Below, in pieces: positions 50,247-63,142 of a stretch of 64,000 nucleotides of DNA. The position numbers were made by a program, and so were the translations under genes. This DNA is from Lama glama. Taxonomy: Eukaryota. Below the pieces are notes generated by a model. That model had not been told where the DNA came from, ran no database searches, and saw only the letters and a program-made list of their open reading frames with translations. Location: assembly GCA_028534125.1 (NCBI GenBank), contig CM052817.1:4652001-4716000 (forward strand), read 5' to 3'. Each line of letters begins with the position of its first letter. The stretch's first letter is position 1.

Positions 50247-51366
50247 CTGCAAACAAGCACAGCACAGCCCGGCGTTAACGACGCAGAGCGGGACGTCCAG
50301 GGACACGGCCGGCCAAGCGGAGGGACAGAGGAGCCCTCCACCCACGCCTCCCGCCGGCTGGGGAGGCGCACCCCGTGACCGGAGCCAGGCAGGTGGGGTC
50401 GGCGCCCAGCTCGGCTGCCTCTGATGAGCCACTTAACACACGGAGCCTCGATTTCTCCATCTGTAAAATGGGGCTAATCATTCCTACCTCATGGCTGCTT
50501 GTGAAGTCTAGGCGATCATGTTTGTAATCTGCCTAAGTTCTCCCGGCTGGTAAAGGGGTGCGCCCCCATCATCTGTTCACATGACCCTGAGGACCAGCTA
50601 CCGTGCCAGGGAGCAGAGGAAACCCTGGAGAGCAAGACAGTCAGGTTTTCTGTGCTCATCGAGCTGACGGGGCAGACGGACACTAATCAAACTATCCCAC
50701 AAATAAATATCCAAACAGAATGAGCCCCCAGGTTAGAAAATACCCCATGACGAGCTGCTGAAGGAGCACAGTGCTGAGCGCTGCGTTTCCCGACAGCCGG
50801 CCGCTCGGCCACCTCCCACCTGACAGCAGCTGCCAGCACCCCTCTCCTTCTGGTTCTCGAGGCCAGTTCTTGCGCTGCCCTCCCGCCCCCCCCCGCTGTC
50901 GCTGCGCGTGGAGGGTGCAGGCAGAAACTGAAACCGAGTGATTAAGGAGGCAGTGAGGCGTCTGAGAAATGGGAGGAACTCAGCTGAAACCCTGGCTCTC
51001 AGCACCAGCCACTCGGGTCAGGGATCTAGGGGCTTCCGAGCCTCAGTTTCCCTAACGTTGGGGACGGTATCACTCCCTTGGCAGGAGGCTGAGGGGAATC
51101 AGAGAATGTGCATAAAATGTCTAGCTGAGGGCCAGAAATAAATAATATGTCTCCAGTTTCTGCTTGTTTTGAAAGACGCAAGTTTCAGCTGGAATGTGCT
51201 TTTTACATTAGTAAGTTCTGTTCAGCAGAGCGCAGGCCTACTGCCTGACTTAGAAGAAAGAGCTGTTTTACCCAGTGAACATCCGTGTGTGCTTGTCACA
51301 TGCAGGGCGCCGTGGACGACCCCCAGATGCATACAACACAGTCCATGGCCTCGGATGGATCACAGC

Positions 51367-51953
51367 TGTGTGTATACATGTGTGTGTGTGCGCACACGGT
51401 GAGGATGCTGTGTGTGTGTGTGTGTGCACGGGGGGAACCTAATGTGTGTGTGTGTGCGTGTGCATGGGGGGGACACCTAATGTGTGTGTGTGTGCACGGT
51501 GGGATGCTTTGTGTGTGTGTGTGTGTGTGTGCACGGGGGGGACACCTAATTGTGTGTGTGTGCGCACGGTGGGATGCTTTGTATGTGTGTGCGCACACGG
51601 TGGGATGCTTTGTGTGTGCGTGTGTGCACGGGGGGGACATCTACTGTGTGTGTGTGTGCATGTGCACGGTGGGGACACCTAATGTGTGTGTGTGCATGCG
51701 TGTGCACGGTGGGGATGCTTTGTGTGTGTGTGCGTGTGCACGGTGGGGACACCTAATGTGTGTGTGCGCATGCGTGTGCACGGTGGGGATGCTGTGTGTG
51801 TGTGTGTGCATGGGGGGGACACCTAATGTGTGTGTGTGTGCATGGTGGGATGCTTTGTGTGTGTGTGTGTGCACGGTGGGATGCTTTGTGTGTGTGTGTG
51901 TGCACGGGTGGGATGCTTTGTGTGTGTGCGTGTGTGCACGCGTGCATGCACGT
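51367..51953. repeat. TG-rich minisatellite of about 16 units with two interspersed variants
   Basis: (TG)n spacers alternate with cacggtgggatgcttt or cacgggggg(g)acacctaat cores. Confidence 0.95.
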
Positions 51954-53194
51954 GGTTGGGAAGTCTGGTGTTTGGGACTGTGCCAGCATCTGAGCGAGTC
52001 CTTCAGGTGATGCTGAAACACCAGCAGCAACACAGTGTAAGACAGTGAACTTGGTGGCCACTGGCCCATGTCCTTTGTCCACTCAGAGGGACTAGGCCGA
52101 GGTGTGCAGTCCCTCTGCCTCTGAGGCTTGCAGCTGCCCAGGTAGGGGAACTGGGAAAGGTGGCCGTGGATAAAATAGATGACATACATCATCCTAGAGG
52201 AGGATGGGCTAGGACCCAGGAGAGAGCAGGGATCCAGAGGACCAAGTGTGTGGGGCGGGGAGAGGCTGGGATGAGGGAGGAGGTATGGGGCTCCCCAGAC
52301 AAGGCTGGGACTGCCTGGGGATCTTGTTCCCCTGTCCCTTTACTCCTTCCCTTCCATTCTAAGGACTCTCTCTGGCACCTCTGGAAAGAAAATCAAATCA
52401 AAAGTAGGGACAACTCAAATGACTAAGAAGCCTACAGAAGCGAAAGGGCAATGCTTTTACTTCCAAAGCAGGACGCTGGCGTCTGGCTCACAGTCCGCAG
52501 CGCTGCATAATTCTGTGGGTATGCTGCACGATAAAGGTGAATGCCTTCACGGGGTTCTTTTAACAGCCCAAGCACAGCACAGATAGCGCGACCATCTCTA
52601 GACTTCTGTTCTTCTCTGATGATAACACAAAATAAAGCTTCAAAAGCTGTATAATAAGGCGTGGAGCAAAGATGAGGGAGTCCCAGTGAGGCAGAGATGG
52701 ATTCTGAAATGTTGTATAGATGTGTAGATCTGGGAAGGCTTCCTGCAGGAGGCAGCATTTGAGCTGGCTTTAAGGATTGGTATGGAATGTGGGTAGCTGG
52801 AGGGAAGGAGGAGACTTGAAATGAAGGGACCAGAGTGAGGTAAGGCCAGGAGAGTCACAAAGAATATTGCAGGGTGGATCAGAGGCCTTTCTGGAGCCAA
52901 TAGTTTCAGCCACTTCAGCTCCTCCTTTTGGCCAAAGCTATTTTAAAGAGTAGAGCTAGCTGTTTCAGGTCTCCCCGCCTCTGCAGAGGGTCATGCATGG
53001 AATACTGTGACCACGAGGACTGGAGGCCGAGAGCAGTGACTCCTTATAACTTATCACCCGGCTCAGCATGAGCCAAGGAGGCAGAAGCAATAAGGAAGGA
53101 CCTCTCTAGGGGGCCCCTATCCACCTACAGGTCTAGAAGACTGAATTCTAATCTAGTTCTGGGAGCCTCCAAAGCATTCTTCACATTACATCAG

Positions 53195-53790
53195 CTCACT
53201 CAGCCACCCACCAACCACTCACATCCATCCCCCATCCATCCATTTCCTATCTGTCTATCCATGTATTCATCCACTGACATAGCCATTCATCTATCCCATC
53301 CATCCATCCATCCATTCCAATATGTCCAACCATTTGTCCCAACCCCACCCCTCCTGTCCATCCCTACTCACCCACCCATGCACCCATTATCCATTCATCC
53401 ACCCACCCACCTCCCGTACACACAGCCATCCATCGACCTCATCCATTATCCACCAACCATCAGTACCTCCCTCCACCCACCCATCTACTCCTCAGTCACC
53501 TGATAATCCACTTACTCACCTCTTCACCCATCCATTTCACCTATTCACTATCCACCCATCATTCACCCCTCCATAGACCCCCTATTTACCCAGCCACCTG
53601 CACACCTATCCCCCACTATCATCTATTCATCTACTGTCCATCTGCCCATCCACCCATCATCCACCCACCACCCTTCCGCCTATCCATTCTTCCATCTATT
53701 CCCATCCCTCCACCCAGCATTCCACCCAGCCATCTGATCAATGCCCACCCACCCCATCCGTCCCCTCCCCTTCCACTCATCCTTTCCACC
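53195..53790. repeat. Degenerate (CCAT/CCAC)n low-complexity tract
   Basis: catccatcc/cacccaccc units over ~600 bp with almost no G on +. Confidence 0.85.
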
Positions 53791-56700
53791 AGCACTACCT
53801 GTGTGCTGGGCTCTATGTGCCAGGCTCACCGTGAAGGTTTGGGAAGAAGGACAGAGAGCAAACAGTGAACATCCCCTGTCCTGAAGTCTCTGCAGGAAGG
53901 ACTCAGTGTGGCACAGCCTTCAGGGCCTGAGCTTAGAGCCAGGCTGTCTGGGCCTATCCCTCGGTCTGCCACCGACTAGCCTTGTCACTCTGGGAGGCTG
54001 GGTTCAAACCCAGGGCTGTCTGTCTCCAAGACCCCCGCTCTTTCCACTGAATCCTATGGCATTCAATCTGAGCCTAGAAGGGAGAGAGGATGGAATGACT
54101 TTTACACACTCTGAAGGCATCAGAAAGGCTCACTTTGCTCAGATAGGAACCCAAACACCCAGACAATGCTATGAAGCCATATGGTTGGCCCCAAGAGCTC
54201 ACTTACATGACTCGCCCAGAGCCCAGTTATCTATAATTCAGGAGGAAATGAAAAAAGGTTTTACATATCTCACTAGACGTAGCCCAAGTCTACGGATGCA
54301 AATTGGCGTGTTATCTCCGCGACGGCAGGGACATTTAATCTGCTCGGCCAGCTTATCAAATTAATTGTCAGCTCTGTGACGGGAATTCTGAGTGACGGAT
54401 GTGAACGCGCTCACCCTCCCGAACTCAGGCACTAGACACTGGGAGGAAGCGCCCCGTGATGGAGAGCCCATCAAGGAGAGCAGGGCGCATTAAAATTCCT
54501 AATAGATCGGGCTGGAGGCACTTGCAAAGGCCAAGCACGACACAGGAATAAAACAAAATGGTGAGCAGTCAAACGAATTTCAATCAAGCTATTTCACACA
54601 CCGAGGATGGAGTCAGTTTAAGTCTGACATCGATCTGTAGCCGTCAATCTGGAGGTGAAGGCTGGCCTCCTGGGCGAGACGGACCAGCTTTCCTTTGTGC
54701 TGTGCGCTTTACAAAAGGAAAACATCTCAAGCTTTCACACCTATTCAGATCACTTGACTGGTTCTCAAACTTGTGCATCTCCTGAGCTGGGTGGCATCAC
54801 TGAGTGACACTGTGGCCTGTTGGGAAATGCAGGCTTTGGAGTCATCTGGGATTCATTCAGGACCCCAGCTTTGCCGTCACTGGCTGAGTGGTCTGGGGGA
54901 ACTCACCCAACTTCTTGAAGCCTCTCTTTCCTCAGCCACCTCATGGCCCCAGCATCACCTTCTTACAGGAGTAGATGAACTAGGGCGTGGTACCCGCGGG
55001 CCCTGTGACAGGCACCTTCACCTTATGAAGGGCAGCCATCTTTAGGATGTCGATCAGTGTGGAGGTACTCCCATTCCACAGATGGAGAAACTGAGGATCA
55101 GGAAGTAAAGCTTAACTTCCTGCCATAGTTCTGATGAACATCTCCCAACAAGGAGGCTACCAGAGATGATTCTGCAGAAAATCAAGGCATAAGATCCTGC
55201 GGAGTGAAGGGTACTGGAATGGGGTAGACACGAAATGGCCAAGCCAGAAGTGGGTGAGAAAGGACAAGAGGCTCAGGGGGCGGGAATCCAGCCCCACAGA
55301 TCACAGCGGGATCTGCAGGGGTCTGCAAGCCAGGGAAGGCCAGGGCATGGAACTGAAGACTGGAACTAGGGCTCTGGCCTGGTTGCTGTTCTCTCCTCCT
55401 CCGGGCTAGGGCCACAGTGTGTTGTCTCCGGCTTCACGGCACCCAGCCCGGCGGCCAGCCTCGAGCAGGTGCACAGCCATGGTGTGCTGGAAGGATGGGC
55501 AGATGAGAGCAGGGGTGAATGCCCAGGCACGTGTCCACCGCTCATCGGCAGCGTGTCTGCACAGAGCTCGGCAGACTCTGTCTCAGCCCGCTGAGGGGAA
55601 AGGATGCTGGCCCCAGTGAAATGCGGTAACAGGTGTCCATGCTGGGCAGAAACTGGGTGACCACTGGCAGAACTGGAGAGCTCACAGCCCTTGTGGATGA
55701 CAAACTACATAAGTCAACACTCAGGGAGCTTTTCTTTTGTGGCTAAGAGAGGTGGGATGTGTTGTTATTTGGTGTGTACCTGTGCATGTGTGTTGGTTAA
55801 AAAGTTAAGACAAGCTGATATCTGACACAGCACTTAATTGCCATCATACCCCCCGCCTGTGTGCCAGCCGCGTACGTAACTACCACTACTGGCAAACACC
55901 TGGGCAGTGCTGACTGACCATGGAGCAGGGGCTGTTAAGTGCTTAACACCTGGTGACTCAATGGTCCTTACAACAACCCGCTAAAGTAGGTTTTAACACC
56001 CCATACTACAGATGAGGAAACTGAGGCACTAGTGTGTGGTCCGAGGTCACAAAGCAAGCATGGATTAGGATTCAAAACCAAGCAGTCTGATTCCAGAGGC
56101 TGTGCTCTTAGCTGTTATGTATACTGCCTCTCTATGGTCCATAAAAGCCAGAGTTGACATTACCAGAAAGTTCTGGAAGGGCACACACCAAATGGAGTGA
56201 CGGTTGTCTGGCTGGGGATGGGGGTTGGATGTTGAAGAGAAGAAAGCCAATGGTCCCCCAGTCTAACTGTTTGTACACTGCAAGAATCCCTTCTCTGGCA
56301 TCCCAGCGTCTTGACCCAAAACCCACTGCCCACCTCCCAAGACAGCCCACTTCATGTGGGAACTGCTCACATCCTTAGAAAGTTCTCCTTCATATAGAAT
56401 TGGGACTGAGAAATCTGCTGCCTGACAGCTCCTCCCCACTGGCCTTCGGTGTGCTTCCCGTAATTATTCAGATGATTCTAATTCCTCTCTCAAGGGACAC
56501 TCCTTCAATTCTTAGAAGGTGCCTGAGCTGACCATCTTCCACTGTTCCCCAGGTCGGCTTTCCGCCGCTCTCCGCCTGCTCCCCTGCCTGGGAGTCTGAC
56601 TTGTAGGAATCATATCAAGGGCTCCCAAGCCCTTGGGCTCCCAGCTGGGCGTCTTGGTAGAAATCAGGAGGAGTAAGAGAGGTCAAGTTTGGGCAGCAAG

Positions 56701-58414
56701 TCCGCAGCCTCCTCCTCGCACTGTTGGCCTGAGCTGCTGGGAACGCTGGAAGGTTCCTGCTCCGATAAGGTAGCCTTCTCCTTGGATGGCCTCCCTCTCC
56801 TCGTCTCTTTCAGCCTCCAGGTGGGAGCACCTTGCCTTCGCTGAAGCCCCAGTGTACTGTACAAACCTCTATAACGCCCTTATACCCGCAGCTTTGTAAG
56901 CCAAATGCCCTTGGAGCGTTTCTTCTGCAGCTCTGACCGACACAACAGCTTTCTCGTCTCCCGTGAGATGTCTCCTCCTTAAGTCGAGACACAGGATGAC
57001 GGGCTGTTCCACTTTCGAGCCTCATCACTTACTGGGAGATCACGTTGTACGCAACACTTATCTCACACACTCAGTAACAGCCTTTGGCCAGAAGCATTCC
57101 AGTTCTGTCTGTTTTATCTGCTGTTGCCTGGAGCGAAACCTAGCCGAGGGACTCTCCAGGTGGGCTCAGCTCCACCACAGTGCGATACAGCAAAACACAG
57201 AGGGTTATCTCACTGAGCGCTCCTCTCCCTCCTACACCCGTGTGCAAACAGATGAGCTCTCTGCAAAACGGGAGAGCCAGCAGCCCCAGGTTTCTAAGCG
57301 ACGGCGGCTGAGCTTTATGGACTGCGTTCCCACTCAGCACCTCCTCACTTAATACGTACGCCCACCCTTCCAGATGGAAAGTAAGAACGCCCATCCTCAG
57401 GGCGAGAAAAGGACGAAAGAGGGTGAGTAATGGTGGTAGGTCACACGGCTTTGTGAAGGGAGTCAGACCCAAATGGGGGGCTTGGCTTTCCCTGCTCCCC
57501 CAGCTCAGTGTGCCCCCCGCCTGCACGGGCAGACTCCTCTCTAGAAGCAGAGGTGAGGCTGGCCTTTTCTGTCTGGCCGAAGGATGAGGCTTGCTGGGCC
57601 CTCACTCATGAGAGTGGGGGCCTGATGGGTGGGTCGTCACTAAAGGTGTTCACCACCCATTCTGACGTGCCCCTCCGTGGGCACCCGGCAAGACCGCGCT
57701 TCCTGGCTCCCCAGGACTGGGTGGAACCGTGGGACCAGCTTTGGCCAGTGAGTGAACGGAAGCACTGCCATCGGGCTGGGGCACTGCCCCTGCAAGGTCC
57801 TCCCGAGGTCTCGTTCCCTCTGTCATGGCCACTGCGGTGTTCCAGAGATGCTCCTTCAGTCTGGGTCCTGGAGAGAGGAGGGGGGTGGTGGTGGGGGCAG
57901 CACCCCCTGGCTGACCTGTGGACACACAGTGTGAGCAGGAAACAAACCTTGGCTATTGTGAGCCACCAGCACTGGGACGTTTGTGCCTATTTGGGCTCAG
58001 AGAGGGGAGCGTGGAGGTCCAGACACTGGTCTGTTGGTAAATAATGGCCTCAGGCCAATTCTAGGCCAGAGAGATCCATGGGGAAACCCTGTGGCTGCAG
58101 ATTGGAGTGAGCTCTTTGACGGCCAAGGGGCCTGAGTCAGAGTCCACTTCAGCGCTGGTACCTCCACACCTGGGCGGGCAGCCCTCTCTGTCCCCCGTGC
58201 CCATCCCCGTACTGATACCATGGTCCACCTGCCCAGAGGAAGAGAGGTCAGGCAGGAAGCCGAGAGGGACCACCTGCCTTTTCCTTATTGGCCTCCCCCT
58301 GCCCTCAGCTTCTGCCACTCCCTCTCCTGGACTCTATTTACTTATGTCCTCACCCTCACTTTCCAAGTGGAAGGGAGTGGACTGTCATTATATTGCCTTT
58401 TCAGTGTTTTTATA

Positions 58415-58990
58415 AGCCTTATCTCCTTCTCATAGCTACTGATTCATAGCTACTTCTCAAAGCTACTAAAATAGCTTTTCTGAGAACGATAGGCAGGCTT
58501 ACACTTTGGTTAAAATTTGGGAGAAATCGAGAGCTGGATGACAGGCACATGACCCAAGCAGCACCAATCAGAGTTCTCCAATAGCCAGATTTGATTGGTC
58601 CAGAGAATAGCACCTGACCCAAGCTGGACCAGTCAGAGCCATTCCCTGGGATACTTGAATTTGAGATCAGGAAAACATTCCCCTTCTTGTCTTTTCCTGT
58701 TTTATCTACTTTCTTGAGTTAGTGGCAGAGCGGGTCGACTCTGGAGCTCTCAGTACCCACATCTTCCACTGCGTAGAAAGAACTGGTTTTCAGTAAAAGA
58801 AAATGACTCTGGTGAGCAGGGAAAAAAGACATGCCAGGAGAAGGAAGGAAGGAAGGTTTCCAGCCCAGGGCCCAGGCACTCTGGGGTCACATCGCCCCCC
58901 AGCACTTCCTGTGGGTGCACGAGCCCCCCAGGAGGCTCTCACGTCACTGAGGCTGTGTGCCTGTCGTTTCCATCCCTGCAGCCGTGACAG
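58415..58990 (+). mobile_element. Old MaLR LTR (MLT1J/K-like) interrupted by a templated insertion
   Basis: ggcacatgacccaagc..ccaatcagag and tgattggtccag..cacctgacccaagctggaccagtcagagcc motifs. Confidence 0.5.
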
Positions 58991-59099
58991 TCTCAGGGAC
59001 TCACTGTTTACGCTTGTATCTGTCTCTCCAGACCCCTAGAGCCACAGCTTGTGCAGATTAAGCCACGGGACGCAGGTGTACGTTACACACACACACACA

Positions 59100-59560
59100 C
59101 AACCCGATAAACCTCTTGTAAGCTAAAAATATTCTAAGTTGAAAATGCATTTAACACACCTAACCCACCGAGTATCACAGCTTAGCTCAGCCTACCTTAA
59201 ATGTGCCCAGAAAGAACGCCTGCATCAGCTCTACTTGGACAAAACCATGTAGCACAGAGCCTATTTTGTAATTAAGTGTTGAAATATCTCATGTAATGTA
59301 TTGACTACTGTCCTGAAAGTGAGAGAACAGAGTGGTTTCTGGGTAGGTGTCCTGGTTGTTTCCCCTCCTGACGGCGTGGCTGACTGGTGACGCCCGCAAC
59401 CCCGACGCAGCACCACGAGAGCGCTGGACCGCGTGGTCAGCCTGCGTATGGACCGAAAGCCAAAATTCGAAATACGGTTTCTACTGAATGCGTATTGTTT
59501 CACACCATCATAAAGTCAAAGAAATCATGAGTCAGCCATCGTTAAGCCAGAGACCGTCCC
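59100..59560 (+). mobile_element. Tigger5/MER47-like TcMar DNA transposon remnant
   Basis: cccgataaacc..gaaaatgcatttaacacacctaacc..agcctaccttaaatgtgc..tacggtttctactgaatgcgtat..gagaccgtc. Confidence 0.8.
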
Positions 59561-59824
59561 CGTGTCTATGTGCATGTGAGCAATGGGGTACAAGCACATT
59601 ATCACTCAGTTCATTAAACTGCCACTAATGTATTTATGTAGCAATTGCCAAAACTTTGAAAATGAGTATACTTTTGTTTTGCACCATTTATTTGTAAAAT
59701 AGCTTTTCTGAGAACGATAGGCAGGCTTACACTTTGGTTAAAATTTGGGAGAAATCGAGAGCTGGACGAAGCGCCAGCACGGCCAGTCTCCCAGCACATG
59801 GACCACTCACTGGTCCCTGGCAGG

Positions 59825-60262
59825 CGTCTTCACTTCCCAGGGCCACCTAACGAAGTACCACCAACCGGGTGGCTTAAAACCACAGAAGTTTATTCTCTCA
59901 TGGTTCTGAAGGCCGGAAGTCTGAGACCAAGGTGTCAGCAGGGCTCTGGGGAGACAACCTTATAGGCCTTTCCCTGTTTCCGGTGGTGGCCAGCAATCCT
60001 TGGTGTCCCTTGGTTTTTGGCAGCATCTCCCCGACCTCTGCCTCCATCCTCACATGGCCCTCTTCCCTCGGTCTGTCTGTCAACCTCCCTCTCCTTACAA
60101 AGACAGCAGTCATTGGATTTAGGGTCCACCCTAATCCAGTGTGACATCATCTTAACTTCATTACTGTTGGAAAGACTCTATTTCCAAATGGGGCACATTC
60201 ATAGGTACTGAAGGTTAGGACTTCAACATACCCCTCGGGGAGACACAAAGCACCCCACAACA
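59825..60262 (-). mobile_element. MaLR LTR (MLT1B/C-like)
   Basis: ggtggcttaaaaccacagaagtttattctctca, gtcattggatttagggtccaccctaatccagt, ggttaggacttcaacata. Confidence 0.8.
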
Positions 60263-62927
60263 GGGGAGTCCCCGGCAGAGAGCCCAAGGCTTTCTCATAA
60301 GAAGCCTGGGTGTAAGTAAGATTACAGCTGGACTAAGCAGCGGAAATCCACGTTAAGGACCAGAAGAGAAGTCACCAGTTGTCCCTAAGCACTTATTTCA
60401 GGACATCATACTGTTTATCTTCCACTTTTTACACACATTTCTAGAAATACCATTCGTTCATTTCACTTGGATAATTGAATTAAAGGTTCTAGATTGGGAA
60501 AAAGTTAAAATCGAGAGTCGGAGTGGTACAGTAGACAAAACATGGGCTGGAGAACCCCCTAGAGTGGGGTGGAATCCCTGCTGTTAATAAAACACCGACT
60601 GGTGGCCTCAGGCAAACGACTTCTTCTCTGCAGAAGTTAATACTTACAAATCAACGTAATAGAGAGGATTTACTTTGTATAAAATGTAACTGTATGTAAA
60701 GCTCCAAGCAGAGCGGATGGCATATAACAGGCTTTCAATATACTAAAAAAAGACAGCTCTATTTCATTTAACCAGCAAGCAATGAGAGTTTCATATGTTA
60801 ACAGGGAGAAAATCAGACCACGACCACCACCCTCCAAAGCAGACCGTTAGATCCTACGTGTAATTTTCAAATTTGCACACAGTCTCATTTCACAGAGGAC
60901 TTAGGAAGGCCTATAAATACTCACATGAAAAGTCACGGCCCCTCTTTTTTGCTAGAGAAAACTGAAGGGAAACAAAGATGGGCCTTTCAGTGATGTGAGC
61001 CTGACAGGCCAGTGACAGCAGGTGCTTCTTAGAGAAACGGGGTTGCATCCACTCGGGGTGACCCGTCAGGGTCTGCGTGTCTCCCTCGGTGCACTGAAAA
61101 CCGGCAGCATTTTATTTTCTGTGTCTTTTGTTGGCCGGGATGAGTATGTCAGAATCAGCCTGCTCTTTAACCGGCTGCCATTTCCTTTGATTGAGACCCG
61201 AGAGACATTGACAGAGGACCCTGACTCCCGTGTGATTTAGAGTTTTCATGGAGCTAGAATTTTCACGAGGCCACGTCCGCCTGGGGCTGAAATTCTTCCT
61301 GCTGTTCCGGGTGACTGAGCTGATTTTCCCCGGCCCTTTTCAGCTACTTGGGAAAAGCAGCCTGGCTTTGCGTATCAAGGTTTCCAGAAGGCAGCCTGGC
61401 CTCTCCCTCCTGCCTGCCTGGGAGACACCACTGCAGTCAGAGTTTTATTTTTTTTTAATCAGTTTCCCAGACTGCGAAATGGGCCTAAAGACACCTTCCC
61501 ATAGGCCAGTGATGAGAGTTGGGTGAGGCGACGCCCCGAGGCCCAGCACACAGAGGTGCTCTCCTGTTAGCTGCTGGCCCTGTTTACCTTCACCTCTAAA
61601 ACTGAGGTCTGCACCACACCTGGAATCTCGGAGACTGGAGGGAACGTAAGTGTGCTGGGCTTGACTTCAGGAGCTGGATTCTGGGAGTCGGCGGAAAAAG
61701 CCAGTGGGAAAGGTTCTCCCCATTTTACAGATTAACCTGGGAAAAGTGAGCGTAACCCCTTCCTTCTGTCCCTGAGGGTTGCTGATGAGCTAAGAAGGGT
61801 GTCAGAGTTCTTTGCAAGCGGCACAGACTCTGGTAAAGTCAAGAAGCCTTTGAAACACAGCCTGGCCTTTGATGGCACAAATAAGGAACCCAAGGCTCCA
61901 GGGGGCTGGGACCCCACCAGGGTCCCCACCAAGAGCGGCAGGACCAGGACCTGACCCATCCACCTGCTTCCCAAGCCTGAGATGAATGGAACTCTTCTAC
62001 CTCTTTGTTCCCAGCTCTCAGTGGCTCCAGGGCACTGTGGAGGGTCCCTGTGTAACGACCTGGGGACCTCCAAGGCTGGCATCCTCCAGGGAACCACCTG
62101 GGCAGATGGAGTCAGCAAACTACGTTTTGACTGTTGGCCTCGTCATGGTCTTCGTCTAGAACCCCCACCCTCATCCTCAGCTGAGTGCGGCCATGGCTTG
62201 CTGCTGCTGTGTTTCTTTGGAGGAGTGAGGACAGACTGGGTCACACTCTGGATGGTCTGTGTACCATCCTGCACCTGCAATGTCCAGGTTCACCAACAGA
62301 TGGCGTTTAAGGGGCCGTGGTTATTCTCTGCCCAACGTTAAATGTGCACAGGGAGGGGCCATTTTGCATTTTGATGCCGTGCTTGGGCTCCGGAGCCAGA
62401 CTGTGTTTCCCCACCCTCCCTGCTGCCTCTTAGCCCGGTGCTGTCCACCCACTCTGTGCCTGCCCTTCTTCGCCTGCAAAGGGAGGGGATAAAAGTAACT
62501 GGCTCGCAGGACAGATGCTCAGACTGAATCTCATCAAGCAGGGGCCCAATAAAAATGAGCCCTGATGACTGTCTGCTCTGTGCAAGCCACTGCCCCACCA
62601 GGAGGCCCTGGAGAGAAACCCCAAAGACACCACTGTGGAAAGAACTCCTTCCTTCATCTCACAGAGTTATTTCCACCAAAATGTGAGCCCCATGAGAATG
62701 GGGGCCTTGCTCCCACTGTCCCCCTGGTACCCAACCCAATGGGGATGCAGAATTAGCACCTGCTGAACAACGGAGGAACGCACGGAGTTAGATAGAGCCA
62801 ATAATCCAGGGGATGGAAGATTAGCTTCCAAGTCCTTCATATTCCAAGTAAGGGCTGCAAGAGCTTGGGAATGGCGATGACGGTGGTAATTATCTCAGGG
62901 AAACATGATGAGTTAGGCGGATCAGAG

Positions 62928-63142
62928 CAGCAGTTCTCAACTGGGGTGACTTGCCTGCTGGGGAACACTTGGCAGTGTCCAGGGTCATTTTTGGTGTCAG
63001 AACTCTGGAGGTGCTACTGGTGCCTAATGAGCAGCGGTCGCAGATTCTGCCAAACACCCTACAATGCCAGGACTGTTCCCACATCAAAGAATTGATGTCA
63101 GCAGTCATCAAGTGTCAATAGCGCCGAGGCTGAGAAACCCTG
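62928..63142 (+). mobile_element. MER20 hAT-Charlie DNA transposon
   Basis: cagcagttctcaactgggg ... aatagcgccgaggctgagaaaccctg; 8-bp TSD gatcagag / gattaaag (6/8 match). Confidence 0.85.

Noticed and set aside
49433..50278. Longest ORF (281 aa, +), antisense to the STK32B last exon and UTR
   Set aside because: Non-ATG start, GC-rich, no recognisable domain; explained as an antisense shadow of the real exon.
51367..51953. Superficially CRISPR-like repeat/spacer alternation
   Set aside because: The spacers are simple (TG)n rather than unique sequence, the context is mammalian, and there are no cas genes.
51285..52192. Many Cys/Val- and His/Thr-rich ORFs on both strands
   Set aside because: Translations of the TG minisatellite.
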